A stretch of DNA of 64,000 bases from Squalus acanthias (GCA_030390025.1 CM059431.1:134542001-134606000), one strand, 5' to 3'. Shown: positions 22,480 through 35,610, counted from the first letter of the stretch. The notes: a model not told the origin generated them from the letters alone. Made by a program: numbers and translations.

Positions 22480-22915
22480 CGTTGCTCTCACCTGAGTCAG
22501 ACGGTTGCGAGTTCAAGCCCAAGTCCAGAGACTTGAGCACATAATATAGGTTGCCACTCAGTGCAGTACTGTGGAAGTGCTGCACTGTCAGAGGTGCTGT
22601 CTTCTGGGCGAGATATTAAACCAAGGCCCTGTTCACCTATTCAGGTGGACTTTAACGATTCTGTGGCATTATTTGAAGAACAGCAGGGTGCTCTCTCAAA
22701 AACCTGGACAAAATTCTGTCCTTAACCAACACCACCAAATACCGACTAACTGGTCAGTCATCTAATTTTCTGTTTATTGGATCGTGCGATGCACAAATTG
22801 GCTGTTGCGTTTGCTCACAAAATACTACAGGCAATATTTCAAAAAGTAAATCATTGGGTGCGAGGTACTTTGGGATTTCCTGAGGATGTGATTAAAGAAC
22901 TTTACAAGTTCAATC
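22480..22915 (+). mobile_element. tRNA-derived SINE (DeuSINE/SacSINE1-like)
   Basis: B-box gttcaagccc, same core as the 21617 copy. Confidence 0.72.
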
Positions 22916-23644
22916 TTTACTGCTGAATTTAACTGTGATATAAAGGGTTTTTTATATCCAGATTTAAAAAGTAATCTGCAAAATACTATATTTTTGAACA
23001 CTTGTCTCCTAATTTCTAATACTGAACAAAATGATATGAATGTTGTCTCTGTACTAAAACAATGAAAATGCTGAATTTGCAGAAGTTTGATTTTGGTTTT
23101 GTACGTTTGTTGCTGATGAAATGACCATGCACTCCACATGTGAAGACTGGATGGCAGGTGCACACCAGATTCAGTTGACAAAATACTGATTTACATTTGG
23201 CTGATGTTAAACCAACTACATGAATGTAAATCAGTCTTTTGTTAACTAAATCTGGTGTTCAACTGCCCTACAATTGTCACATTTTGAATGTATGAACAGC
23301 ATGATTATGTTCTGATGTTGATTGTTGGCATTTTATCCACTTTATATTCGCTTAGGAACTGGCAAGTGAAGACAAATAGCAAGGCTTTAAAACAAGAGCT
23401 GAAAAGTCAAGACCATATCATTGTTTTGTCTTCCCTTCAGTTAAAAACAAAGGAACTTTCTTACCAAGGTAGAAGGTAAAACTACAGCAGGCTCAGTAAA
23501 TGTACTGACTCAGCACGATCTTATTTGCTGTGTGCTTGTTGTCAACATGCAGTTTATGAGTATGATGAATTAACTACTGAACACTGGGGATTAGCACAAT
23601 GCCATTCCATGTAGCGGCAGGAATGCCTTGCAACTGTTTCTCAC

Positions 23645-23724
23645 CTCTTCAAAGGCATCTCAGAGAGTTTGGATCTGCAGTTCATGAACACTTTCAGCTT
23701 CATATTGATCACCTGACGTAATAC
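23645..23724 (-). CDS. UGGT2: UGGT internal coding exon
   Basis: cag|GTATTAC...TTGAAGAG|gtgaga; 80 nt; VLRQVINMKLKVFMNCRSKLSEMPLK(S). Confidence 0.92.
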
Positions 23725-24029
23725 CTGAATGAAAATCAAATATTGTCATGTTTCATGAGGCTTATCTTATGGCAAGCATAATGGTTTATCACTTTAGAGT
23801 CTTCTCTTCACACTATGTACAGGAAATAGCAATAAAGTTGAACACTTGATTAAATTTTAATTAAAATTTGCAACGGGCTATCAGCTGCTGCATATCTAGC
23901 AAAAATCTTACATCTGGATGTATTTCTTATCAATTTTTTCCAATATAATTTCCTTGCAGCTGCATAGAGCTGACTTTGGAACAGACAGCATGAGGGCCTG
24001 TGAGACCACCAGGATATATTTGCCCTCAT

Positions 24030-24445
24030 TGACTTCATCCCATCCCCTGGCCACTGTCTGAAGCTGAACCAGACCGTCTGCAACCTTGGGTGTCGGATTT
24101 GACTTAGAGATGAGCTTCCGACCACAAATCCGCTCCATCACCAAAACCGCTTAGTTCCACCTCTGTAACATCACCCGTCTCTGCCACTACCTCAGCTCAT
24201 CTGATGCTGAAACCCTCATCCATTTGTTACCTCTAGACTTGACTATTCCAATGCTCTCCTGGCCGATCTTCCATCTTCCACCCTACGTAAACTGGAGCTC
24301 ATCCAAAACTCTGCTGCCTGTATCCTAACTCGCACCAAGTCCCATTCACCCATTACCTCTGTGCTCGCACTATGTACAGGACCTACATGGGTTCCGGCTT
24401 TGAGAACGCCTCGATTTTAAAATTCTCACCCTTGCTTTCCAATCG
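24030..24445 (+). mobile_element. L2 LINE fragment
   Basis: gctgaaaccctcatcc...acctctagacttgactattccaatgc, homologous to the other L2 copies. Confidence 0.8.
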
Positions 24446-25889
24446 CTGAGGAGGACCTGTCACTCAGAGGACTCCTCGGTGATAGTTGTAAGGGGCATCA
24501 AAACACGTTTTAGTGAAGTCCTTTCTTCTGTTTAACAATTTCCCTGTGTCACCACTGCCATTACATTTTATTCCCCACCATCACAAAAATTACATATCCT
24601 TCAATTCAGTTCGCATCTTAGAAAACAACATTGCATCAGACCTCTTTAGCCCTACAAGCCCATGAGTATGAATACTCTAGAGAGTATGAATGAATAACTG
24701 AGCACGAACTAGGTGCTCATCTTTATTACAAGGAACTCAAAAGTGAACATAAATCATCCTTTTCTTTCCTCACACCATGCTTCCTCTGGGTGTCTAAACG
24801 TGCGTTTTCTTTCTCCTCGCTGCCAATGGACATTTAAATTAATGTCAGTCTCAATGCTGGAAAGGACTTGCAGGCCAAATTCCTAGCTCCAGTGCAAAAT
24901 TAGGGCAAATGGCACTGGAATTTTTGGCCCCTTATCTCTGAGCACACTTCCTGTCTGATACCTTATTTTCTGTTGTCACTTTTTGTCGCCTTTTTGCGTC
25001 ACCTTTGCTTATTATAACTTCCTACGGACACTTTAATAATGGAAACTTGTGTATACTTTTCATTCTATAATTAAACTCTCTCACCAATGCTGGCGATATA
25101 GTCCCTCAGTTTTGCACATCCGAGCACCTCAGCCTGTACAGCTGTTCCAAAATTGTGGCAAGTTTGACTATTTAATTATAAATAATATAAAATCAAGGTA
25201 AACTGCATGAAAGTAGAACAAAATCGGGACTGAATTACTTCTGCATGCCATGGTCCAATTATCCACTGCCATCTAATGCTGCTTCACCTGGTCTTGACTA
25301 TTTGTGTGCAACACCATGCGACATTAACAAGTAAAAATATAAAATCAAAGTATTATATAAAAATGACAGAATATCTGACTTCAGAATGGAGAGTGAATTA
25401 CGTTGGCTCGCTCTGGTCCAATTATTCCCTGCCATCTAACCCCGCTTTACCTGAATACAATTGGTCTTGACTACTTATCAGATTTGAGGAAAGTAAAAAA
25501 AGATGAAGACATTTACAAAGTATTTATACACGAGGAAAATGTTTTAAAGAATGGTCAATGGATAATTTTAACTGTACTGGAAAATAGAAATACAAGTTGT
25601 CAGTATGAATCTATACGTAACATCTATGGAACTAGAAATATGCAAAACGGGAATTAGAATGAACAAATCACTCAAAAAGCAGTCACATTATGAGAAGAAA
25701 GGCTGTACAGAGATGCAAAAGGTTCCATTTACTGTAGTAGCATGATTATCCTTGAGACCTTGAATGCTCACTAAGATGAGGAGTCACGGAACACTGTATT
25801 GCCATTCCCATTTGCAACATTTTATCTTTCCTGCCTCTTACATAAGCACAGTATATTCCTTCAATTCCTTGCTCCCCTCCCACCCCCCC

Positions 25890-26072
25890 ACCCCCCGTCT
25901 CTGCACCTGCTTAAAATCTGTTACATCTCCAGCTTTTTCCAGTTCTGATGAAGGGTCCCAGACCTGAAACGTTAACTCTGTTTCTCTCTCCACGGATGCT
26001 GCCTGGCCTGCTGAGTGTTTCCAGCGTTTTCTGTTGTTATTTCAGATTTCCAGCATCCGCAGTATTTTGCTA
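25890..26072 (+). mobile_element. Short Penelope-derived non-coding element
   Basis: Contains a hammerhead motif and gatgctgcctggcctgctgagtgtttccagc, which is shared with the 3' end of the Penelope remnant at 62943-62975. Confidence 0.7.
25941..25977 (+). ncRNA. Minimal hammerhead ribozyme motif
   Basis: AGTT-CTGATGA-A-GGGTC cca GACCT-GAAA-CG-TT-AACT; palindromic AACGTT stem III. Confidence 0.75.
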
Positions 26073-26636
26073 TTGTATAATAAATTGTGTTCAGTTTGGA
26101 GTTGTGCACATTTTTCTGCTTAGAAGTGGCTTGACAGTGCTGCAACTTATTTTACATATATGGCATTTAAAGGGAATTTCCCCATCAGCCTTGATTAGAT
26201 TGAAATCTAGATAACAGATCTGAATGGTCAGTCTTGATACTAAGTGCCCTTGCCGGTCCCACCTGTCTCCAATTTAACATATTCTGGTCACGAAATGATT
26301 CTATTTCAGTGAACTATTTACTTCATACATATAGGTTATTTTTACCCCTTCATGCACCAAAGTTCCTCATAAGTCAGGGTAAAATCTAATGGAGGCTTTA
26401 ACTTAATAAAGTCATAGGTGGGCATTTATGATCACTTACGCATAGTCTCCAAGTTACCTGTTCTTGGAATGAACCAAGACAGATGATAGAAAATCCATTA
26501 TCAAGTTTAATAATAAAGTAACAGTTAAGTGTTCAAGAACCTACACCTAATGATTGAGAGGTTCTTGTATCACCCCATCAAAAAATATCCAGAGGGTGAT
26601 GAGACACATTTTATTAGCAAGTTCAGTGAAACTGTA

Positions 26637-27542
26637 TAAGAACATAAGAATTAGGAGCAGGAGTAGGCCAGGCGGCCCCTCGAGCCTGCTCCGCCATTCA
26701 AGAGATTATGGCTGATCTTCGACCTCAACTCCACTTTCTTGCCTGATTTCCATATCCCTTGATTCCCCTAGAATCCAAAAATCTATCTATCTCAGCCTTG
26801 AATATTCTCAACGACTCAGCATCCACAGTCCCAAAGATTCACAACCCTCTGAGTGAAGAATTTCCTCCTCATCTCAGTCTTAAATGGTCGACCCCTTATC
26901 CTGAGACTATGTCCCCTATTTTTAGACTCTCCAGCCAGGGGAAACAACCTCTCGGCATCTACCCTGTCCATCCCCCTCAGAATCTTATATGTTTCAATGA
27001 GATCACCTCTCATTCTTCTAAACTCCAGAGAGTATAGGCCTATTCTACTCAATCTCTCCTCATAGGACAACCCTCCCATCCCAGGAATCAATCTAGTGAA
27101 CCTTGTTGCATCGCCTCTAAGGCAAGTATATCCTTCCTCAGATAAGGAGACCAAAACTATGCACAGTACTCCAGGTGTGGTCTCACCAAAGCCCTGAACA
27201 ACTGCAGCAAAATTTCCTTACTCTTGTATTCCAAATCCCTTGCAATTAAGGCCAACTTTCCTAATTGCTTGCTGTACCTGCATGCTAACAACGGTGTTTC
27301 CTGTATGAGGACACCTAAATCTGAACACCAACATTTAATAGTTTCTCACCATTTAAAAAATATTCTGTTTTTCTATTCTTCCTAACAAAGTGAATAACCT
27401 CACATTTCCCCACATTATACTCAATCTGCCACCTTACTGCCCACTCACTTAACCTGTCTATATCCCTTTGCAGACTCTGTGTGGTCCTCCTCACAGCTTA
27501 CTTTCTCACCTAGTTTTGTATCGTCAGCAAACTTGGATACAT
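26637..27542 (-). mobile_element. CR1 LINE 3' fragment
   Basis: GLYSLEFRRMRGDLIETYK; (ttcttatg)n tail reverse-complemented at 26637. Confidence 0.9.
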
Positions 27543-27868
27543 TGCAGTGATGTTCCCCAGGGGTCTGTTCTAGGACCACTGCTTTTCTTGATGTATATTA
27601 ATGATTTGGATTTAGGTGTACAGGGCATTATTTCAAAATTTGCAGATGACACAAAACTTGTAAGTACAGTGAACAGTGAGGAGGATAGGGATAGACTTCA
27701 AGAGGACATAGACAGGCTGGTGGAATGGACGGTCATGTGGCAGATGAAGTTTAACGCACAAAAGTGTGAAGTGACACATTTTGGTAGGAAGAACGAGGAG
27801 AGGCAATATAAACTAAAGGGTACAATTCTAAAGGGGGTGCAGGAATAGAGAGACCTGGGGGTATATGT

Positions 27869-28175
27869 GCTATTGGGAGCAGCAGTGGGAGCGGACCGAC
27901 CTGTGAGGGAACTGGCGGAAGCAGAGTGAGTAAATAAAGCCCGAGGCTCGAGGCCCAGACCGAGCTATTGGGAGCAGCAGTGGGAGTGGACCGACCTGTG
28001 AGGGAACTGGCGGAAGCAGAGTGAGTAAATAAAGCCCGAGGCTCGAGGCCCAGACCGAGCTATTGGGAGCAGCGGGAGTGGACCGACCTGTGAGGGAACT
28101 GGCGGAAGCAGAGTGAGTAAATAAAGCCCGAGGCTCGAGGCCCAGACCGAGCTATTGGGAGCAGCGGGAGTGAAC
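27869..28175 (+). repeat. Tandem repeat, 95/95/92 bp plus a partial unit, at the CR1 5' end
   Basis: Units start at gctattgggagcagc at 27869, 27964, 28059 and 28151. Confidence 0.93.
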
Positions 28176-29692
28176 CACTTTCGAATAAGTTCGAAAAACA
28201 GGGGGAAAAAAAATCAAAGTGTGACATCACAGGGAAGCAGGTAAGTGATTGGTTGATGAGTATTTCTCTTTTTTCTCTCTCTACACTAGGGCATTGGTTT
28301 AACTAAGAGCCGGGAAATTAAAAATTTCAATCGGGTAAAACAGTAAGTGAATTAATAAGAGTATTAGTTAAAGTTAAACTAGGAATTGTGGGCTAAGTTA
28401 CAGTAAAGCCCTAAAGCATATAACTAAATTTAATAACTTAAACAAGGTTATTACCTAGATTAAAAACTATAAATAAACAATTGAGTGATAATTCAAAACT
28501 TGAAAATCTAATTAGTTAAACAAAATACAATAGAGCTGGCAGGGCAGGTGCTGTGTTGCAGTTGTAGCATGTGGGAGCTGGTGGACCCCAGTCTGATCCA
28601 CAGCAACCACATCTGCAGTAAGTGTCTGCAGCTCGAGGAACTTCGGCTCAGAGTTGATGAGCTGGAGTCCGAGCTTCGGACACTGCGATGCATCAGGAAG
28701 GGGGAGAGTCACCTGGACACTTTGTTCCAGGAGGCTGTCACACCCCTTAGATTAAGTACTTCAGATTTGGTCCGTGGTCAGGGACAGGAGGGTGTGACTA
28801 CGAGTGAGGCAGGTATGGGGATTCAGGAAGGTAGCATTGGAGGAACCTCAGCCCATGCACTTGTCCAACAGGTATGAGGTTCTTGCAGCCTGTGTGGACG
28901 AGACCAGGGACTGCAGGGAGGATGAGCAAACTGACCACAGCACCGTGGTACAGGGGGCCATTCAAGTTGTTGGAGTAAAAAGGAATGTAGTAGTGGTAGG
29001 GGACAGTATAGTTAGGGGGATAGATACTGTTCTCTGCAGCCGAGAGCGTGAGTCTTGAAAGCTGTGTTGCTTGCCCGGTGCCAGGGTTAAGGACATCTCC
29101 TCGGGGCTGGAGAGGAACTTGGAGTGGGAGGGGAAGGATTGAGTTGTGTCCATGTAGGTACCAATGACATAGGTAGGACTAAGAAAGAGGTTCTGCTGAG
29201 GGAGTATGAGCAGCTAGGGGCTAAATTAAAAAGCAGAACCACAAAGGTAATAATCTCTGGATTACTACCTGAGCCACGAGCAAATTGGCATAGAGTCAAT
29301 AAGATCAGAGAGATGAATGCGTGGCTCAAAGATTGGTGTGGGAGAAATGGGTTTCGATTCATGGGGCACTGGCACCAGTACTGGGGTAAGAGGGAGCTGT
29401 TCCTGTTGGGACGGGCTTCACTTGAACCATGCTGGGACCAGTGTCCTGGCAAATCGACTAACCTAGGGCTGTAGATAGGGCTTTAAACTAAATAGTAGAG
29501 GGAGGGTTCAGGTGAGAGGAAATTTAGGAAGTTAAAGAGAAAGGACAAGGCAATAGTGCAGGGTAGCCATAGGGGTAATGATAACCAGAGTCTGACAGGA
29601 AGGGACTTAGATGAAGGGACCGAGTGTACTGTTGCCAAATTTGCTGACGATACAAAAACAGGTGGGAAAGCAAATTGTGAGGAGGACACAAA

Positions 29693-30526
29693 GGGCTGGA
29701 TTTTACCAGACCTGAGGAGGCGGGTCTGCTGGGAAAGTCAAAAAGAATGGGAGCGGGTCCCGAACCTGCTCCCAACCCGCCTCCAGCCAATCTTCCCAGG
29801 AGTTGGGTCCCCAATTTGCGCAGGGACCAGACTCCTAGCGGCGGAAAGAGGATTATAGCCACTTAACTGCCTGTTAACAGGTAGTTAACAGGCAGTTAAG
29901 AGGCTTTTTCCAATTTTTCGACTGCTGCTGCGGGCTTCCCGATGTCGGGGAACCCCGCCAGGGTAAGTGAGGCGTGCTGTAGGTCTGTTGCTATGTTGGT
30001 GTTTGGATGACAGCTGCAGAAGTGGTGTGAAGGATGCAATGGGACAATGGTTAGTATCAGAGGTAAGGACATGTTGTGAAAGTAATTTTTTATGTGGTTA
30101 GATGTTTCTGCAGGTGACAAGCTTTGAAGTGTTTGTGTAGCCTCATCTCATCGGGAGAAGTGACAGATGGCTTCTGCAATCTCAGCTGCAGCTGCCATCT
30201 GTTTTATCCTAAGGAGAAGGTAATTGGAGAGCCTGGGTACAAGGGCTCACCTGTGTACAGTGATTGTCAATGTTTGACAGCACCTCAATGCTGTCAAACA
30301 CTGAAAATTCATCTGTCAAACAAGTGTGGTGCATATGCCTTTAAGAAAACCGGCAGATGAAGCGTCATCAACTTTCCCTTAATTGGCCGGCAAGCCTGCA
30401 GGGCGGCTTAACAAGGCCAATCAGGGCAAAATAGCGTCTGTTCGTCAGACGTCGCTGGGGGCGGGACTAGAACCTGGAAGGCAGCAGTCCCGCCCCCAAC
30501 TCGTCTCGATAAGTAAAATCCAGGCC
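29693..30526. mobile_element. Harbinger-like MITE
   Basis: TIRs GGGCTGGATTTTAC / GTAAAATCCAGGCC; TSD aaa; removal restores CR1 gacacaaagagtctg. Confidence 0.85.
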
Positions 30527-32160
30527 AAAGAGTCTGCAAAGGGATACAGATAGGTTAAGTGAGTGAGCAAAAATTTGGCAGATAGAGTATAATGTGAGAA
30601 AATGTGAGGTTATCCACATTAGTAGAAAGAATAAAAAACCAAAATATTATTTAAATGGAGAGAGACTACAGAATGCTGCGGTACAGAGGGATCTGGGTGT
30701 CCTCGTACATGAAACACAGATTCTGAGGGGGCATGACAGGGTAGATGCTGAGAGGATGTTTCCCCTAGTGGGGGAATCTGGAACTAGGGGGCATAGTTGC
30801 AGAATAAGGGGTTGCCCATTTAAAACGGAGATGAGGAGGAATTTCTTCTCTCAGAGGGTCGTGAATCTTTGGAATTCTCTACCCCAGAGAGCTGTGGAGG
30901 CTGAGTCATTGAATATATTCAAGGCGGAGATAGACAGATTTTTGAAAAACAGGGGAGTGAAGGGTTATGGGGAGCGGGCAGGAAAGTGGAGTTGAGGCCA
31001 AGATCAGATCAGCCACGATCTTATTGAATGGCGGAGCAGGCTCGAGGGGCCATATGGCCTACTCCTGCTCCTATGTCTTATGTTCTTATATCGTTGAAGA
31101 TGGCAGGACAGGTTGAGAAGCGGTAAAAAAGTATACTAGGCTTTATAAATAGAGGCATAGAGTACAAAAGCAAGGTAGTTATGATGTACCTTTATAAAAC
31201 ACTGGTTCGGCCTCAACTGGACTAGTGTATCCAATTCTGGGCACCACACTTTAGGAAGGATGTGAAGGCTTTAGAGAGGGTGCAGAATAGATTTACAAGA
31301 ATGGTTCCAGGGATGAGGGACTTCAGTTATGTGGATAGACTGGAGAAACTGAGGTTGTACTCAATAGAGCAGAGAATATTGAGAGGAGATTTGATAGAGG
31401 TGTTCAAAATCATGAGGGTCTAAACAGAGTAGATAGAGAGAAACTGTTCCCATTGGTGGAAGGGTCGAGAACCAGAGGACACAGATTTGAGGTGATTGGT
31501 AGAAGGTCCAAAGGCGACATGAGGAAAACCTTTTAAATGCAGCGAGTGGTTATGATCTGGAATGCACTGCCTGAAAGGATGGTGGAGGCAGATTCAATCG
31601 TGCTTTCAAAAGGAAATTGAAAGAAAAATTTTTGCAGGGCTACAGAGAAAGAACGTGGATTGGTACTAGCTGAAGTGCTCTTGCAGAGAGCTGGCGCGGG
31701 CTCGACGGGCCGAATGGCCTCCTACTGTGCTGTAACGATTCTATGATTCGACGTTTCTATGATTACACTCGGTCCCTTCATCAAAATCATTAATATAGAT
31801 TGTAAATAGCTGAGGCACAAGGACCAAAGTTATTGAAGTGACATTACTTTTCAAAATATGCAGTTTTATGTGACTATTTCTAAAAGGAAGCCACAGTCTA
31901 ATGAGGACGCATACTGAACTTGTTTAAACTCTGATAAAACACTTTTAAACTCTTGAGCTGATTTATTACTGTTCACAGGTAGATAAAATGTAACAATGTA
32001 TGTATGTGTTTTTCTTTTTCAGGGTGGTGTGGGGAGCAGGATAGGTTTAGAAATAGCTGTTGTTCTATTATCCAGAGTACACTCCAAGCCAATCTTGAAA
32101 GATTATTAAAAAATAAATAGAGAACAATGTACACAATTGAATAAAGGTTTACATTCTCAC

Positions 32161-32260
32161 CATTAATAAGGGGGTCATCTTCTGTGCTTCCCTGCTTAGT
32201 GGATCAAGAATGGCCACGACGTCATAATAAACTCCATCTTGAGGTTGTATCTTTACTACA
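32161..32260 (-). CDS. UGGT2: UGGT internal coding exon
   Basis: tag|TGTAGTA...TTAATG|gtgaga; 100 nt; VVKIQPQDGVYYDVVAILDPLSREAQKMTPLLM, with the UGGT2-like DPL-REAQKM motif. Confidence 0.92.
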
Positions 32261-32300
32261 CTATAGAATAAATAAAAAATATTTTCATTACAAAACACTA

Positions 32301-33048
32301 GGGGGGAGAAATTCACTATCGTCCCGTTTGGGGCACTAATTTTTAAAAGTCTGGAAAGTTAGCGCCAGGCGCTAATGATTTCAAACTTTTGAAAAATTCA
32401 CAATTTGCGCTCCAAGAAGGAAGTGGAGCGCTAAATCAAGCTTCCTCTTGGAGCACAATCAGCAACAAGTGGGGTAGAGACTTCAGCAGCGCTGCACACT
32501 GGGCCGTGCAACGCTACCTAGTTCAAAGGCTCCTTCCCTCCCTTAAAGGGAAGGGTCATCGCTGCAGACTCTGCAATATAAAAATTACCTACCTGGACCA
32601 CCAAGGCAGCTGTGATCCTGTGCGATCAGCCTGGTACTCAAGCAGAGTGCCGGTCTGATCGATCGCGGGCAGGAACACGCAAAAAAAAACTAGAACACGA
32701 AAGGTAAGTTTTTTTTTTACTTACCTCAGCCACCTCGACTTTAATCATCGCCCCCGAAGCGGCCGGCCGACCGATGCACGCCTCCTGCAGCTGTCGGTGT
32801 TTTCGACCGGCGCTGTTGCAGGGGGCGCAAGTCAATTTCGGGTCCGGGGCGCTACTGGGGCGATGTGCACAGCAATGACCCCACGATCTCGCAGCCAAAG
32901 GAGATCAGGGCGCAACACCGTAGCGCCGCCGCAAAACTCCTGCCGAATATGATGGGAGTCGATGTCAGCGCCGCGCCCGGTGGTAAAGCCATTTGCGCCC
33001 CGTTACGGGGGCGCTAACGAGAGGCACAAAGGCACCCAATTTTGCCGG
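32301..33048. mobile_element. Harbinger-like MITE
   Basis: ggggggagaaatt ... aattttgccgg; TSD cta/cta. Confidence 0.78.
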
Positions 33049-33233
33049 CTAGGAATACAATTTACAGTAGTTTTAAAAAAGTTCAGCTACACGTTTCCTA
33101 CATTACAACAGTGACTACACTTTAGAAGTATTTCATTGGCTGTAAAGCGCTTTGGGCTTCCGGCGGTTGTGAAAGGCGCTATATAAATGCAAGTCTTTCT
33201 TTCTTTTCTTTTAGCTGTTGAATTTGTTATTAC

Positions 33234-33329
33234 CTCAGCTGATCTTGAAGAAACTTGACATCCCTTCGAGATTCCACTTTCGGCATGGATGATAGAAGAG
33301 CATCTATCTTCATTAGTAGATCACTGCCA
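33234..33329 (-). CDS. UGGT2: UGGT internal coding exon
   Basis: aag|TGGCAGT...CAGCTGAG|gtaata; 96 nt; (S)GSDLLMKIDALLSSMPKVESRRDVKFLQDQL(S). Confidence 0.9.
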
Positions 33330-33616
33330 CTTCAGTACAGAAGGAAAAAATGTCAGTTGTTGTCCAATTTTATTCCAATTCAAAGAGTAATCATTATGTC
33401 TGGAATCAACGGCCATTTTGTGAAGCCTATATACAACCCTATATACAAGTGCACCTGCTTCCTCCAAGTGTACTTGCTGCTGCTCATATAGGTGATGTAT
33501 GTGGCAGAAATTCTGGAGAGCCCAGAAGCCCACCAGCCACACACCTAAAGGTGATATCAGGACAGAGGGGCTGCAGGCGAAAGAAACGCCTACCCCTCCT
33601 CCACTGAACATTGCTG

Positions 33617-34757
33617 TGTGAAGGAATAAGCCATATAACCTATTCAGAAAAATACACTATCTTATGAAAGAATTCTGGCCTTATTAAAACATGACAAACT
33701 GGGTTTTGAAATTTAGAAACCGAACTATGAAATAGCTATGAAAGAATTCTGGCTATTGAGATAAGGCAGTTGTTGACCCTGAATAAATAACCTTATTGAA
33801 ACAGAAGGTGCATGGCTCTGACAGGCTGACCTTTGGGAACAAAAACAATGGTTCACCCTGGATAAGGTGTTCTAATTTAAACTTCGTAAAGATGGCACAT
33901 AAGATAAGGAACATCTGCTCTCGTAAAGATGACATAAAATAAGGAACACCTGCCTTTCACGCCGTTCTATATGGTAACCCTAAAACACCTGGAGATGAGA
34001 TAAGATTCTGGCTGATGTAGCAGTAAGAATTGCAGAGGTCGGCAGAAAGATGAATAGGGATAATTAACGTGCATCAGCAGAAACTTTAAAGGAAATACCA
34101 CTGGAAAAGGGTATAAATATTGAAGTTTAAATGGGATATCAGACTCGCTTTAATCGGGCAAAGCGATTCTCGGCTACAGAGGCGGCTCTGTAGTCTACCA
34201 CTCTTTGTACCTCAGGGATCAAAGGTATTTGATATTGATGGATATCCTGTATAGAAACCTTTAAGAACTGTAATACTGTAGCGAAGTTAAGATTTAAAAG
34301 TAAGATTCTCTGTTAAAAAGATAGTATTTTTTCTCTTTTTAGAACTGTTAATGTTGTGATCGACTGATTCACCAACTGTAAATTGCATGTCGGTTCTTTT
34401 AATAAATCTCTATATATTTTTAGAATTGTCTCACATAAGTCTTCTGTATCAAAAACTCGCAAACTCAATCTCTGTGCACTCTTTGGTGAAGAGTTACAGA
34501 ATTCTGAGGGAGTTTTCCGGACCCTCATAATATCCGGGACATTACAGTCTAGCTAAACTTATTAAAAGCGCTATCTGGAGGACAGTAACATTCTCGGGTT
34601 GTTCCTTTCCTTTAGGGAGAGATAGCCCGGACCTTTAAACCCAATTAAGCGTCTTTAGGATTCGGCTACCTCAAGCTTTAGTTGAAAGTGAACGTCTGAG
34701 AAATACGCCTGATCCGGAGTAACCCTAAAGGGGCTAGGACTAGTAAATATCCCTTCA
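33617..34757 (+). mobile_element. Probable solo LTR
   Basis: tgaagg...ccttca termini, repeated ctatgaaagaattctggc motifs, TATAAA ~34112, AATAAA 34401; imperfect flanks gctg/gttg. Confidence 0.5.
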
Positions 34758-35049
34758 GTTGTAGGTCTGAGTAAGGAATGCAAACCCCTGCTCATACTTC
34801 CACTGCATAAAAGAGTATCATTTCTGGGCTCCTATATAAAATTAAAATTCTATGAAACCATAGTGGACTAAGGCTGCACCTGCTGAATAATGTGGCAAGT
34901 TGTTGTTTTGGGGTATCCAATTAAGTGATAGATTAATTGGCAGGAAATCTTATGGGCTTTTGCACTGTTATACACTAATTAAATGGCAAAACTATAGGGC
35001 AAAGTAAATAAATAGCTCAGTAGTCATTTAGTTGAGGACATCACACAAC

Positions 35050-35610
35050 AGCAAAAGCAAGGAAGTTACGATAAACCTTTATAAATCACTGGTTAGGCCT
35101 CAGCTGGAGTACTTTGTATAATTCTGGACACCACACTTTAGGAAGGATGTCAAGGCCTAAGAGAAGATGCAGAGGAGATTTACCAGAATGGTACCAGGGA
35201 TGGGTTGTGTGGAGAGACGAGAGAAGCTGGGATTGTTCTCCTTAGAGCAGAGAAGGTTAACGTGAGATTTAATACAGATGTTCAAAATTATGAGGGGTTT
35301 TGATAGAGTAGATGGGGAGAATCTGTTTCCACTGGCAGGAGAGTCAGTAACCAGAGGACACAGATTTAAGATCATTGACAAAAAATCCAGGGAGGAGATG
35401 AGGAGAATTTTTTTGCACAGCGAGTTGTAATGATCTGGAATGCATCACCTGAAAAGGTAGTGGAAGCAGATTCAATAGTAACGTTCAAAAGGGAATTAGA
35501 TATATACTTGAAAGGGGCTATGGTGAAGAGCAGGAGAGTGGGACTAACTGGATGGCTCTTTCAATGAGCCGGGACAGGCATGATGGGTCGAATGGCCTCC
35601 TTCTATGAAC
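35050..35610 (+). mobile_element. CR1 LINE 3' fragment
   Basis: LYKSLVRPQLEY-like sequence through gaatggcctccttctatg. Confidence 0.85.

Larger units (their letters stand above)
27869..31088 (+). mobile_element. CR1 with 5' UTR, ORF1 and heavily deleted ORF2
   Basis: Tandem 5' monomers; ORF1 zinc finger CCSCSMWE...HICSKC; esterase VVGDSIVRG, HVGTND; ORF2 pieces; ttcttatg tail. Confidence 0.85.
27543..31765 (+). mobile_element. CR1 LINE 3' part, interrupted by another CR1 at 27869-31088
   Basis: [13 protein letters not shown]...FADD to 27868; resumes at ~31090 (atcgttgaag) and runs to a ttctatgat tail. Confidence 0.85.

Noticed and set aside
27869..28175. CRISPR-like array
   Set aside because: Head-to-tail units with no unique spacers, no cas genes, eukaryotic context.
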